Source of the DNA: Macrostomum lignano
Taxonomy: Eukaryota
Reading direction: 5' to 3'
DNA: 64,000 nt
NCBI GenBank assembly: GCA_002269645.1
Contig: NIVC01001375.1
Span: 124,001-188,000 of the forward strand
Numbering within the stretch: position 1 is the first letter of the stretch; each line of letters starts with the position of its first letter. Positions 41,146 to 54,266 of this stretch are shown here, in pieces. The notes below the pieces were generated by a model that did not search any database, had not been told where the DNA came from, and saw only the letters and a program-made list of their open reading frames with translations. The translations under genes were made by a program, and so were the position numbers.

Positions 41146-42384
41146 AGCTGAGAACAGAGAATTCCATGCATACAGGATGACAAAACGCCGTTCATCTAAC
41201 CTACTTCTACCCATAATTAAACACAGCAGGTTCAACCACAAGAAATAGGCAGAGCACTTGAGAAGAAGATTGAAGATTGTTCCACCCTTACTGAGCCCTT
41301 TCCTCCAAAGCTCATTGGAGCAGTCCTCGCTCACTGCAGCGCGGTATACGAGAACAGATTTTTGTTAAACTAAACTAGACGGACCGTGGCTGAGTTATTA
41401 CATCACCAGCCGCACCACACTTCTCTCAGAACAGCAGAGTCTCCCATGTCGCAACCTCCTCCTCTTCTCATCTTCCGCGCACAAATAAAATTTCCTCTGA
41501 AGGGAATAGACTCTGTTCGCCATGCAGTTCACCTCAACCCAACCAGCCAGCCTTCTCGTGGTCTGTATAATCGCGACGACAACAACTGAGGCGTGAAAAT
41601 TTGATTTTGCTTTGCACAATCCCCTCAAATCTCTAGCGACCGAGCATGCTGTGCTCGTATATAGAGCATGTGAGAATGTGCATGAGAAGCACAGGTGGCC
41701 TTAAGGACTTGTGCAGCATAAGAAGAACCGAAAGATGCAGTGTTTTCGAGTGCTCTCCTCTCGTCCTCTCAGCTGCCGGCGGCCCTTCTTTATTTTACGG
41801 CAAATTGCAACTCAAAAAGGTTTCCACGAGCGGGTCGAGACCTCTCGTTTGTCCAAGAAGGAAATGAAATCCCAAGAAATAGAAAAGTAATGTTGTATTA
41901 TATTGGAAGTTCTCACGCAATCCGATTCTCTATATTTAGTGAGGCCTACCTTTTGTTTAAGCTTTTTTTCACACAAGTTTTATAATGCACGCCCTAGGAC
42001 TTTTTATTGTCTACTTTCAGGTGCGTTGGCGCATAATAAATAAGATTGCTTGAGCTTATGCGTGTGTACATCCATAGGGATTATCGAGAGACAGAGCTTC
42101 CCTATATAACAGTTTTTAGGGACCCGTGCGATAACTTCATTGAGTATGGTCTTTTTATTCCTATTCTTCATCATCATCTTCATCACCATGTATGGAGGAA
42201 GCTCTAAAAATTCTTAATTTTTATAACGCAAAATTTTTATAACTTTCATGAATCTGTATAGAAGCTAAACATATGACACTGTGTATGTTAAAGTAAGGAT
42301 TCTATAAAAAAGAATGCTTGGAATATTTTTGCCAACTTTTTGAGCGACTGCTTGGGGTGACTGGGTTATTATAGTCTAGAATTA

Positions 42385-42560
42385 AACAGGGTTACTAGGG
42401 TATAGACAGGGTTACTAGGGTATAGACAGGGTTACTAGGGTATAGACAGGGTTACTAGGGTATAGACAGAGTTACTAGGATATAGACAGGGTTACCAGGG
42501 TATAGACAGGGTTACCAGGGCATAGACAGGGTTACTAGGGGCATAGATAGGGTTACTAGA
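42385..42560. repeat. 20-bp minisatellite (AGGGTTACTAGGGTATAGAC)
   Basis: About 8 units. Confidence 0.9.
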
Positions 42561-43494
42561 GTATACACAGATATTAGTAGCAACAGACCGAGAAAATAGA
42601 TAACGAAATACAGGCAAAAAAGTTGCAAGAAATAAATTAATTATCATAAGTGAATCATAGTATGGCCTTTCAGACGCCATACTATACCCTAGTTTTGTTA
42701 TTTTTTACCATATGGTCCTCGCAGTGGTGCAACTAATGTAAATATTTTATACTTAACGGGGCGATATACTAATTCTGACACTATTTATTGCACTTGACCA
42801 GATTATACGCTAATATGTATATCTAAATCTTTTAACTTAGAAATAGAAAGATAACCCGAAAGTCTAGCACACGTATGAAGCAGACTTCGCGGCATGCAGC
42901 AACTTCAGCGGAGCGGAAGCGATATATATAACTCGCAAGTTAAAAAAAGTAAAAGATAAGGCAACGAAGTTCGATCTTTTCGTCGCAATAAACAGGATAG
43001 TAGAATAAAGTGTACCTTGTCTTAAAACGCTGCTAACTACCATACAACTATAATATACCGTATTAACTGCAATTGAAAATCTTTGAATTGAGCATGAGCA
43101 TACATACAAGGAGATCTGCATATAGGCTGCATACACTGCAGGGCAGACGCCTAACGCCTGAAAGAGGAGTGAAATTTAGACCCCCGGGCAGCTCATAAAT
43201 ATTTCAGGCGCCTCAACTTATTCTCACTGCTGCATTTTACAGGTCTCTAAACTCTCTCTCTGTCTCTCATTATATTGAGCTTGAGCATTATGAAGGATTA
43301 TAGTTTTTACTGTGCGAGTGAATGCGTGGAATGAGCGAACTGGTAGACTGTTTATGACTACATGGGCTATGCAATCCAAATTTGTATATCAACTGTGCTT
43401 GCTTACGTGTGCAGTGTGTACTCAGCAACTCAATAAATTGAAAGTTTTATTAACTATGGCTGTAGTTGTTGGCTCTTATTACACTCGCTACTAG

Positions 43495-43800
43495 GCGAGG
43501 GCAATGACCCCCGGTCTTTGTCCTTACTCTGAATCTCGCTCACCCGGTCTTTGTCTTACTCTGAATCTCGCCATGGGGAGGGCAATGACCCCCGGTCTTT
43601 GTCTAACTTTGAATCCCGCTACTGGGGAGGTCACTGACCCCTATGACTTGCCTTACTCTGAAGCTCGCTATGAGGAGGGCAATGACCCCCGGTTCTTTGT
43701 CCTCCTCTGAATTTCGCTACGGGGGAGGGCAATGACAATGACCCCGTTTTCATCTTGAACTTTAAGTGTTGCTGTGGGGGGCAATGACCCCCTCCCAATT
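43495..43800. repeat. Degenerate ~55-60-bp repeat with GGGGAGGGCAATGACCCC hairpin core
   Basis: About 5 diverged units. Confidence 0.75.
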
Positions 43801-44403
43801 TTTTTCCACTTTAAATCTTCCGTTATGAGGGCAATTGGGGGGGGCATAATATAATTAATTATGCTACTATCAATGTACCTCGGGCAAACGATTTACCAAT
43901 TTATAATTATATCTACCTGCCGGCACTTTAACTAATTGACTGATTGAGCCAACCATCCTCTCCCTCACTCGGGTAAATTTTATCCGAATTAGAAACCCCA
44001 TCTGGCTAAAATAGATTTTTACATTGCTGTGCGTGTGTTATCAAGATTTCTATATCTATATGCATCCGCAAATGATCATAAAACATGAACAAGCACCGGC
44101 GGCACTAATTATTAAGATTGTACCAGCCGCAATTACGGTCATTGTCTACATATCTATAAAGTTCTTATCAGAATTATCAGTACTCCCTTTGTCCTACCTG
44201 AACAAATTTAATTGCCCTAATTCACTTTCATCATACAAAGGTGCTAAAATGCTAATTGATATCCTATCGAATTATACAAAGCTGGTCCCGATCTTTTGAT
44301 CGAAAGCCGAGCACGATTTTCCAAGAAAGTACTTTTAGCTTGTTGAATGAAATCTGCAAATCTTACAGGAACAGGTAATAAAGATCCAAATTGCAATTCT
44401 TAC

Positions 44404-44628
44404 CTTATCAGTCGAACTGTGCACCGTCAGCTCATCTACATAGGTGTGCAGGCATATCGCTCTAGCCTGAGCTTGCGCAAAGGTAAAATCGTTAGTCCAC
44501 AGCTCCAAGTTGCTTGAAGAAGAGATCGAATTGGATGTCGCAGAAGAGATTGCAGCCAGTGCAACAACAATCGGAATTGTTGTAGGCTGCAGCAGAGTCA
44601 GTTGCAGCAATAACAAACAAAGCTGCAT
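44404..44628 (-). CDS. KAL1: KAL1 exon 1: signal peptide MQLCLLLLQLTLL...VVALAAISSA, then ...FAQAQARAICLHTYVDELTVHSSTDK
   Basis: ATG at 44628 with an in-frame stop just upstream. Hydrophobic N-terminus. AQARAICLH resembles recalled anosmin ARCASRCLS. Donor AAG|GTAAGA, phase 0, matches exon 2. Confidence 0.72.
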
Positions 44629-44629
44629 C

Positions 44630-45900
44630 ACCGCTCGAAAGAACTACAAGGCAAAAACAGACTGCAACTGCAAATCAAAAATTCACTTCAGTCCAGATTC
44701 AGAATTGTCCGCGCGGCGCCGACTCCGTCTTTCTGTTAGATGATGATAGACAGCAGAGTTTCCAGCCCGCTGTCGTTGTCATTTGATTGTGCCGCGTGCA
44801 GAGCAGCTTCCGATGTTGCTGTTGTGTAGCTGCCTGCCTGAGCTGACTTGAGAGGAATTGAGAGGATGGCGAGAGAATGGAGGCTGCTTATAGTCTCGCA
44901 ATGGGCGGCTGTTGCGTGATGGCGATGATTGGGTTGGGACTTGCTTCTCCTCTATTCCAAGTTTCTTCTTTTTTCAAAGTATAGGTGCTTTAAAATTTGA
45001 ATGGACGCGGACGGTTCTTGGAAAAGTTTATAACTATCGTCACTCACTCGTCTCCTTTTTTCTCTTGTCTCTTCAACTGTCGCTCGCCCAGCAGCGGCCA
45101 ACAAAATTAAAGGGAAGAAAGGTCCTCCACCCACCCCTAGGGGGAGGCGCCCCACTTCTATGCTAATGTGAATTGGTGGGGTGCTGTGCTGGAATGAGTA
45201 ACCTCGCCCTACCATTGGCTGACGCCCACTTTACTGGCGGGCCAATCCAGAGTCAGAGCTTGTTGGACTGGAGAAAATTCTCTCACCTCCTTCACCCCCA
45301 ACCCCCCTTTTGCCATACTGGTGGCGAACACCCCTCCCGCGGCGCGTGAGATTTTGCGCTTCCTTTCAGACTGTCCTCGTCTGGTCCTCCTCCCACCCCA
45401 AACCCCTCCAGCCACTAATAAACTATTCTACCAGCTCTTCATCCACACTCTCCGCAGTCCACCGCACAGCATGGCACACAGAGATGGGGCGCCACCGCCG
45501 CCACGCCAGCCCCTGCCCTGTGTCTGGTCCAATTTCTGACGCGCGAACGAACGACACAACACACAACACATCCGACAAAAAGCGTCTTGTATGAAAGCTT
45601 ACACTCGGATTATTACAAATAACAAAACAGGCTTTTCTTACCGCGTATCGTCTGGACCTCTACTACTATTATGATGAAAACCCACGCGCGCGCGCTTAAA
45701 ACGCTTAAAACATTTCACTCTAGCTCTAACCCCCACCCCCAGACCGACAGACCGTCAGCCGCCCCGCCACTTTAGAGGCGCCCTTTTTATCATTATTTCT
45801 TCGGCGAGACGTTCTACAAGACAACATAAAAAAAACACCCCGAGTCGGTCTTCTCTCTTTCTATGGAATAATTCAGCTCTAGGCTTGGCAACAACTTGGG
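44630..45900 (-). promoter_or_regulatory. Candidate 5' UTR/promoter region of KAL1 (repeat-free, GC-richer, CCAAT and GC-box-like motifs near 45210-45245)
   Basis: Lies upstream of the ATG. ATTGG at about 45213 and GGCGGGCCAAT at about 45237. The TSS is not determined. Confidence 0.3.
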
Positions 45901-46991
45901 TTTTTAGCTTCGGCTTTGGGGTGGGTGGGCTGATAATTTCGGCGCGTCATTTGATCGTCGGCCAAAAGAATGACGGCGAAGCTTTATAATAGAGAAAGAG
46001 TAAGCCATTTACAAACCACTACTGGAGTGCGGTGGCGACTATAGGGTGAAAAAAACGAACACATAACAGTCCGCATTAGGCGTGTTGTTAAGCTAAAGTT
46101 TAAGCAATAAGAAAAATACCCCGTTTGAGCCATGCTTTAATTTTCAAGCATTTTTCACCAAATGTATAGCTTACTTAACAAGCATATTGCAGCTATCGGG
46201 CCTCTAAAAATAAAGAGCATGACAAGTTTAGCATATTTAGTTTGTTTTTACCAGCTTTGTATATAAGAGCTGAAAAGAACACTTCTGGATTAGGCCTGCG
46301 AAATAAATATGTATTGTACAATGTATAGGGGAATTATGTCATTTATGTATATAGCATGCATCATAAAATAGAAGGGTCTTGTCCAACAATCGTGTCGCCA
46401 GGCATACAGAAGGAAATAGGCAGAATGTATTAAAACTTGTTTAGAAATGCAGCGCATGCAGCGGAGAAAGAGAAGCAATGAGGCACTCTTTCGGTTTCCA
46501 GTTTTCTAGTTTGCTTATAACTCGTATATGCGCAGCATTAGGAAACCGAATCACACAAGCATTACTTTACTTTCTTCCCAATGCGCAAGCAAAAAGACCA
46601 GCTATCTAATGTCATAGAACGTGGAAGCTGTCGCTGTTACAACATGTTCTGTTGTTCTGTATTTCTTGCCTAACCCTATAGCCACTAGCCAGTGTATCAA
46701 ATGTGGCATGCAGCAAGCTGTGTAGAAGCTGAAGGGCCTATGAGACCATGATGATGATCCAATTTTATTGTGCAGACAGACACACAAAGACACTATTAAT
46801 GCTAAGCATCTGCATGTGGGATATCCTAACCCACTGAAGCGATTGACTGCACGAGAGGTGGACAGTATTACCGGTAACACACACCCACGCTGCACGCACG
46901 CAAAAATACTGCACTCTGTCAATAAATTCCCATGCTTAACAACTTTTTTAGAACAAACCATTAGCTAAGAAGCGAATTAGAAGTCTCTAAG

Positions 46992-47560
46992 TGTGCTAGA
47001 AGGAGACTCTCATGGAGTGCTAGAAGGAGACTCTCATGGGGTGCTAGAAGGAGACTCTCATGGGGTGCTAGAAGGAGACTCTCATGGGTGCTAGAAGGAG
47101 ACTCTCATGGGGTGCTAGAAGGAGACTCTCATGGAGTGCTAGAAGGAGACTCTCATGGGGTGCTAGAAGGAGACTCTCATGGGGTGCTAGAAGGAGACTC
47201 TCATGCAGGGGTGCTAGAAGGAGACTCTCATGCAGGGGTGCTAGAAGGAGACTCTCATGGGTGCTAGAAGGAGACTCTCATGGGTGCTAGAAGGAGACTC
47301 TCATGGGTGCTAGGAGACTCATGGAGTGCTAGAAGGAGACTCTCATGGGGTGCTAGAAGGAGACTCTCATGGGGTGCTAGAAGGAGACTCTCATGGGGTG
47401 CTAGAAGGAGACTCTCATGGGTTGCTAGAAGGAGACTCTCATGGGTTGCTAGAAGGAGACTCTCATGGGTTGCTAGAAGGAGACTCTCATGGGGTGCTAG
47501 AAGGAGACTCTCATGGGTTGCTAGAAGGAGACTCTCATGGAGTGCTAGTAGGAGACTCTC
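46992..47560. repeat. 22/23-bp minisatellite (GGTGCTAGAAGGAGACTCTCATG)
   Basis: Tandem units read directly. Confidence 0.95.
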
Positions 47561-48044
47561 ATGCCCCCCGACCGCTGTATTTTATGATCTTTATGAGTCG
47601 TAATTGCGCACATTGAATATAAAATTGAGCGTATTTTGCGTCCAGATTAGGTTTTATGATGGGTTAATATTTTTGTGCCACACGTAAATCTGTGGGTCAT
47701 AAAGGTTTGGTTGAGAAAAATTAATGACTTTGGACCTGACCTGAGTCGATACCAGCAATTAGCTGCCAGTAATTGCAGAAACCATTTTCTCACCTACAAA
47801 TTTTGCACCAACATTAACCCGGTATATGGAGTCTGGACTTGAATTTCGTGTGAAAGTTAATTTACCAGTGACTACACAAAAATATGGTTTTACAATGCAT
47901 GTACCTGGCATGACCGTGAAAATTAAATCTGCCACACGGCCTTGAATTATTTACCTCGCACTTCACATCTTCCTGAATTTCGAATTGAAATTCTTCAAGG
48001 CTTTATTATGGGATTGAGTCCTCAATAAATTCAGGATCGAATCC

Positions 48045-48800
48045 TCCGAGACTTCAGGGTCGAATCCTCCAAACCTTCAGGATCAAATCATCCAAACCTT
48101 CAGGATCAAATCATCCAAACCTTCAGGATCAAATCCCCCAAACCTTCAGGATCAAATCCTCCAAACCGCCAGGATCAAATCCTCCAAACCGCCAGGATCA
48201 AATCCTCCAAACCGCCAGGATCAAATCCTCCAAACCTTCAGGATCAAATCCTCCAAACCGCCAGGATCAAATCCTCCAAACCGCCAGGATCAAATCCTCC
48301 AAACCGCCAGGATCAAATCCTCCAAACTGCTAGGATCAAATCCTCCAAACCGCCAGGATCAAATCCTCCAAACCTTCAGGATCAAATCATCCAAACCTTC
48401 AGGATCAAATCCTCCAAACCTTCAGGATCAAATCATCCAAACCTTCAGGATCAAATCATCCAAACCTTCAGGATCAAATCCTCGAAACCTTCAGGATCAA
48501 ATCATCCAAACCTTCAGGATCAAATCATCCAAACCTTCAGGATCAAATCCTCCAAATCTTCAGGATCAAATCATCCAAACCTTCAGGATCAAATCCTCCA
48601 AACCTTCAGGATCAAATCATCCAAACCTTCAGGATCAAATCTTCCAAACCTTCAGGATCAAATCATCCAAACCTTCAGGATCAAATCATCCAAACCTTCA
48701 GGATCAAATCATCCAAACCTTCAGGATCAAATCCTCCAAACCTTCAGGATCAAATCATCCAAACCTTCAGGATCAAATCCTCTAAACCTTCAGGATCGAA
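48045..48800. repeat. 23-bp minisatellite (AGGATCAAATCCTCCAAACCTTC)
   Basis: Tandem units read directly. Confidence 0.96.
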
Positions 48801-49629
48801 TCGTTCCTGAACTTTAGAGAGCCGCTATAGTATACAATTTTCTCAATAGATAAGCCACCTCTATAGAAATAAATCGTTTTCTTAATACATTTGCCTGCAC
48901 TTATCTGAACAAACCAGGTGCACTTAAATAGTAATGAGTCATAAATTGGCCCTAAATAGCGGACTCCCGTATGTATGCTAAGCAGGTGCTGGTGGAGCCT
49001 ATGTGTCTGCTTTCCTTCTTGAAGCAAAAGAATTTATAGCCAAAGGCAAGTCGAGATGAACGGAGTTAAGCTGCAAATGACGCTATTGAAGTGTGAAACG
49101 GAGACAATGCAAATACTGCCATATGCATAATCCTTCTGTGCTATTTGTCTTACAAAAGGGTTGGCCCCTATAAATATACGCTTTGTTGTGAAGGCTCAAG
49201 CGTCAACAGATTGTGCCAAGTCCGTTCTTCTTCTCTATCGCGCGCACAATTGCTCGGATTTTAGTTGCTAAGGCCTTTTGAAAAGTGTGCCTTTTGAGAG
49301 GAGTAGTAAAATTTTATATTTAACAGACGACTTAAGTCTATAAGCAATGCTGGCACTGTGCGAGCACAATTGCTGTGTCAGCTCAACTGAGTTTTTGAGT
49401 CTAGAATTTGAGCCCTTTATGACTCTTATAATATACGTCTGTAAAGTAATACCCCATCTTGGCAACTAGAACTGTTGAATTAGCGTGTAGAATACAGGTA
49501 TAAGCTGTCGTTATTAATACAGGTGTGTCTGTTTAACTGCCTGACTGACAGGCTTACATGTAAAGCATTCGTGTTTGCTTGGAGCGAAGGTCTGTACGTT
49601 CAAATGAAATAATGATGCGGCGATTGCAG

Positions 49630-49985
49630 AAAATAACAAGATGAAGAAAAGGGAGAGGGAGGCTGAGAGGGAGAGAGTGCGAGGGAGACAGCAGTAGGGG
49701 TAAGAATGAGAGGGAGAGAGGGTGAGAGTGCGAGAGAAAGAAATGGTGAGAGGGAGAGGGAGAGAGTGCGAGAGAAGGAGAGGGTGAGAGGGAGAGGGGG
49801 AAGAGGAAGAAAGGGGGAGGGGGAGAGAAGGAGAGTGCGAGGGAGAGAGGGAGGGAGGGAGGGAGGGAGGGAGAGAGGGAGAGGGTGAGAAGGAGAGAGG
49901 GTGAGAGTGCGAGAGAAAGAAATTGTGAGAGGGAGAGGGTGAGAGGGAGAGGGTGAGAGGGAGAGGGTCAGAGGGAGAGGGTCAG
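49630..49985. repeat. Purine-rich low-complexity tract (GAGAGGGAGAGGGT-like)
   Basis: Composition and recurrent short units. Confidence 0.8.
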
Positions 49986-50489
49986 AGAAGTCATAAATTA
50001 GCGTACGAACGCAGAGGAAACGTAAGAAAATTTTCAAGAATAACGCGCAGGAAATGCAGAGAAATACTTAATAACGAAATATCAATGATTGAGAGGATCA
50101 GAAATAAAAATAGACAAGAGATATGAGAGTTAAAATATTGCATGAAACAAAGTCCATATTTTAAAGCTATAGAAATCACAAAAGTGTCTGCAACCATCTG
50201 CTTCAGAGTTTTTTAGCGGCGTTACTCCTGTCCTGTGTGGCACAAAAAAGCATTTCTTTTCTGGTCTTTGTATTGGAAAATTCCGAAATTCATTTCATTC
50301 TCCATTCCCATAATCCGATTTGCTTTGAGGCAACGAAGAAACAAAGACTGCTGAAGGATTATGCGAATTATATTTTGTAAATTAGGTGGAAAATAATTTT
50401 ACATGGAAGTTATGTGCAAGAATGTCGAGAATTTACAATTGATCCAACTGAATTTTGATACCGACAAACCATTCTTAGTATAGTGGATG

Positions 50490-52088
50490 GAGATACGGGT
50501 GAGAGGGAGATAGGGGTGAGAGGGAGATAGGGGTGAGAGGGAGATAGGGGTGAGAGGGAGATAGGGGTGAGAGGGAGATAGGGGTGAGAGGGAGATAGGG
50601 CTGAGAGGGTGATAGGGGTGAGAGGGAGATAGGGGTGAGAGGGAGATAGGGGTGAGAGGGAGATAGGGGTGAGAGGGAGATAGGGGTGAGAGGGAGATAG
50701 GGGTGAGAGGGAGATAGGGGTGAGAGGGAGATAGGGGTGAGAGGGAGATAGGGGTGAGAGGGAGATAGGGGTAAGAGGGAGATAGGGGTGAGAGGGAGAT
50801 AGGGGTGAGAGGGAGATAGGGTGAGAGGGAGATAGGGGTGAGAGGGAGATAGGGGTGAGAGGGAGATAGGGGTGAGAGGGAGATAGGGGTGAGAGGGAGA
50901 TAGGGGTGAGAGGGAGATAGGGGTGAGAGGGAGATAGGGGTGAGAGGGAGATAGGGGTGAGAGGGAGATAGGGGTTAGAGGGAGATAGGGGTGAGAGGGA
51001 GATAGGGGTGAGAGGGAGATAGGGGTGAGAGGGAGATAGGGGTGAGAGGGAGATAGGGTTGAGAGGGAGATAGGGGTGAGAGGGAGATAGGGGTGAGAGG
51101 GAGATAGGAGTGAGAGGGAGATAGGGGTGAGAGGGAGATAGGGGTGAGAGGGAGATAGGGGTGAGAGGGAGATAGGGGTGAGAGGGAGATAGGGTTGAGA
51201 GGGAGATAGGGGTGAGAGGGAGATAGGGGTGAGAGGGAGATAGGGGTGAGAGGGAGATAGGGGTGAGAGGGAGATAGGGGGGAGAGGGAGATAGGGGTGA
51301 GAGGGAGATAGGGGTGAGAGGGAGATAGGAGTGAGATGGAGATAGGGGTGAGAGGGAGATAGGGGTGAGAGGGAGATAGGGGTGAGAGGGAGATAGGGGT
51401 TAGAGGGAGATAGGGGTGAGAGGGAGATAGGGGTGAGAGGGAGATAGGGGTGAGAGGGAGATACGGGTGAGAGGGAGATAGGGGTGAGAGGGAGATAGGG
51501 GTGAGAGGGAGATACGGGTGAGAGGAAGATAGGGGTGAGAGGGAGATAGGGGTGAGAGGGAGATAGGGGGGAGAGGGAGATAGGGGTGAGAGGGAGATAG
51601 GGGTGAGAGGGAGATAGGGGTAAGAGGGAGATAGGGGTGAGAGGGAGATAGGGGTGAGAGGGAGATAGGAGTGAGAGGGAGATAGGGGTGAGAGGTAGAT
51701 AGGGGTGAGAGGGAGATAGGGATGAGAGGGGGATAGGGGTGAGAGGGGGATAGGGGTGAGAGGGAGACAGGGGTGAGAGGGAAATAGGGGGGTGTGAGGT
51801 AGATAGGGGTGAGAGGGAGATAGGGATGAGAGGGGGATAGGGGTGAGAGGGGGATAGGGGTGAGAGGGAGACAGGGGTGAGAGGGAAATAGGGGGGTGTG
51901 AGGGAGATAGGGTTGAGAGGGAGATAGGATGAGAGGGGGATAGGGGTGAGAGGGGGATAGGGGTGAGAGGGAGACAGGGGTGAGAGGGAAATAGGGGGTG
52001 TGAGGGAGATAGGGTTGAGAGGGAGATAGGGTTGAGAGGGAGATAGGGGTGAGAGGGAGATAGGGCGTGAGAGGGAGATAGGGGTGAG
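50490..52088. repeat. 17-bp minisatellite (GGGGTGAGAGGGAGATA), about 90 units, G4-competent; same family at 61405-61920
   Basis: Alternating G4 and G3 runs with 5-nt loops. Confidence 0.97.
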
Positions 52089-52510
52089 TAACCTGAACTT
52101 GGTTAAGCATTAGACCCAACCTTTTTGGATTACTATAAGAAGATTTTCTTGAAATTGGAGCAATCGATGTAAATAATTAATGAGCATTAGCTTTTGCATC
52201 ATGCGGATAGTTTCGAAATCGAAATTTAAATTCAAAGACCTTGGAAAACTCTCTCGATCTCTTTCTCTGAAGTTTGGCGGCAACAACTGCGGAAATCTTC
52301 ATAAAAATCCAAGAAACAGACAGTTAGTAATTTATTGCTTGACCATGGACTACTCTTGCATTTGACGCAGAAACAGGACACTGCGACATTATAATGCTGA
52401 CTACTTTTTCGAAAAAATTACATTGGTCTGCAGTGCGTGTTGCAAAAATTTCATTAAAAAACGCACACTACACGTACGCTCCGTACATAGTGTCATGGAT
52501 TGCTAATATA

Positions 52511-53665
52511 TGCTCAGACCCTACTCTGCTCAGACCCTACTCTGTTCAGACCCTACTCTGCTCAGACCCTACTCTGCTCAGACCCTACTCTGCTCAGACC
52601 CTACTCTGCTCAGACCCTACTCTGCTCAGACCCTACTCTGCTCAGACCCTACTCTGCTCAGACCCTACTCTGTTCAGACCCTACTCTGCTCAGACCCTAC
52701 TCTGTTCAGACCCTACTCTGCTCAGACCCTACTCTGCTCAGACCCTACTCTGCTCAGACCCTACTCTGTTCAGACCCTACTCTGCTCAGACCCTACTCTG
52801 CTCAGACCCTACTCCGCTCAGACCCTACTCTGCTCAGACCCTACTCTGCTCAGACCCTACTCTGCTCAGACCCTACTCTGCTCAGACCCTACTCTGCTCA
52901 GACCCTACTCTGCTCAGACCCTACTCTGCTCAGACCCTACTCTGCTCAGACCCTACTCTGTTCAGACCCTACTCTGCTCAGACCCTACTCTGCTCAGACC
53001 CTACTCTGCTCAGACCCTACTCTGTTCAGACCCTACTCTGCTCAGACCCTACTCTGTTCAGACCCTACTCTGCTCAGACCCTACTCTGCTCAGACCCTAC
53101 TCTGCTCAGACCCTACTCTGCTCAGACCCTACTCTGCTCAGACCCTACTCTGCTCAGACCCTACTCTGCTCAGACCCTACTCTGCTCAGACCCTACTCTG
53201 CTCAGACCCTACTCCGCTCAGACCCTACTCTGCTCAGACCCTACTCCGCTCAGACCCTACTCTGCTCAGACCCTACTCCGCTCAGACCCTACTCTGCTCA
53301 GACCCTACTCTGCTCAGACCCTACTCTGCTCAGACCCTACTCCGCTCAGACCCTACTCCGCTCAGACCCTACTCTGCTCAGACCCTACTCTGCTCAGACC
53401 CTACTCTGCTCAGACCCTACTCTGCTCAGACCCTACTCTGCTCAGACCCTACTCTGTTCAGACCCTACTCTGCTCAGACCCTACTCTGCTCAGACCCTAC
53501 TCTGCTCAGACCCTACTCTGCTCAGACCCTACTCTGCTCAGACCCTACTCTGCTCAGACCCTACTCCGCTCAGACCCTACTCTGCTCAGACCCTACTCCG
53601 CTCAGACCCTACTCTGCTCAGACCCTACTCTGCTCAGACCCTACTCTGCTCAGACCCTACTCTGC
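52511..53665. repeat. 16-bp minisatellite type A (CTCAGACCCTACTCTG), about 72 units; left flank of the retroelement
   Basis: Tandem units; the array resumes at 59575. Confidence 0.98.
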
Positions 53666-54266
53666 GCATGCAAGGCGGGTACAGCACGCCTGTGTAGCAT
53701 GAGACAGACTAGGCCTACGGGCTAAGGTCTGTGATCCTACACACCTGCACCCCCTCTATTCTGGTGCAGGAATGGCAGGAGAACTCTCTCCAAGCTGACT
53801 CGCAAGCCGACCCAGGGGTTCACGTCCCGCATGTGTTCAAGGCAGCCCTAGGGCTGCTGGACTGACTGGGCTCCGGCGGCGGCAACCCATCCGTGGCCTT
53901 TGGCCAAATTGGGTACGGGCTCTGCCCGGAAGTGCACCTGTGCGTATCAGGTACCTCTGGCCACGGCTCTGAGGAACAGGTACCACCCTCTGACCTTAAC
54001 AGGGTATGCGGCCAGTCCGCAGGCTCCGGAGGCAGTCCTCCTGCTTCCCTCAAGGGCCCAGTGTAGTACCGTGCTGTTGGTCCTTTGGTTCGGCCTCTGG
54101 TTTTTCCAAGCCGGGCTCTTAGCCGGGGAGTTTCTCGGTTGCCAGCGGTCGGGCCAGTACGGGCTTAAGCCACCCCCCGGTCGCTACCTCTTGGCCTGGT
54201 TGTTGGGTTTGGGGTTACGGCCCAGCGGCTTCTCACCTTCAGTCCCCACTCGCCTTTCAGCGACTC

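Noticed and set aside
48782-49465. LINE-like peptide fragments on - (VKYKILLLL; VRYLGPIYDSLL)
   Set aside because: Their order is opposite to that in CR1/L2 ORF2, there are no RT core motifs, and the matches are too short.
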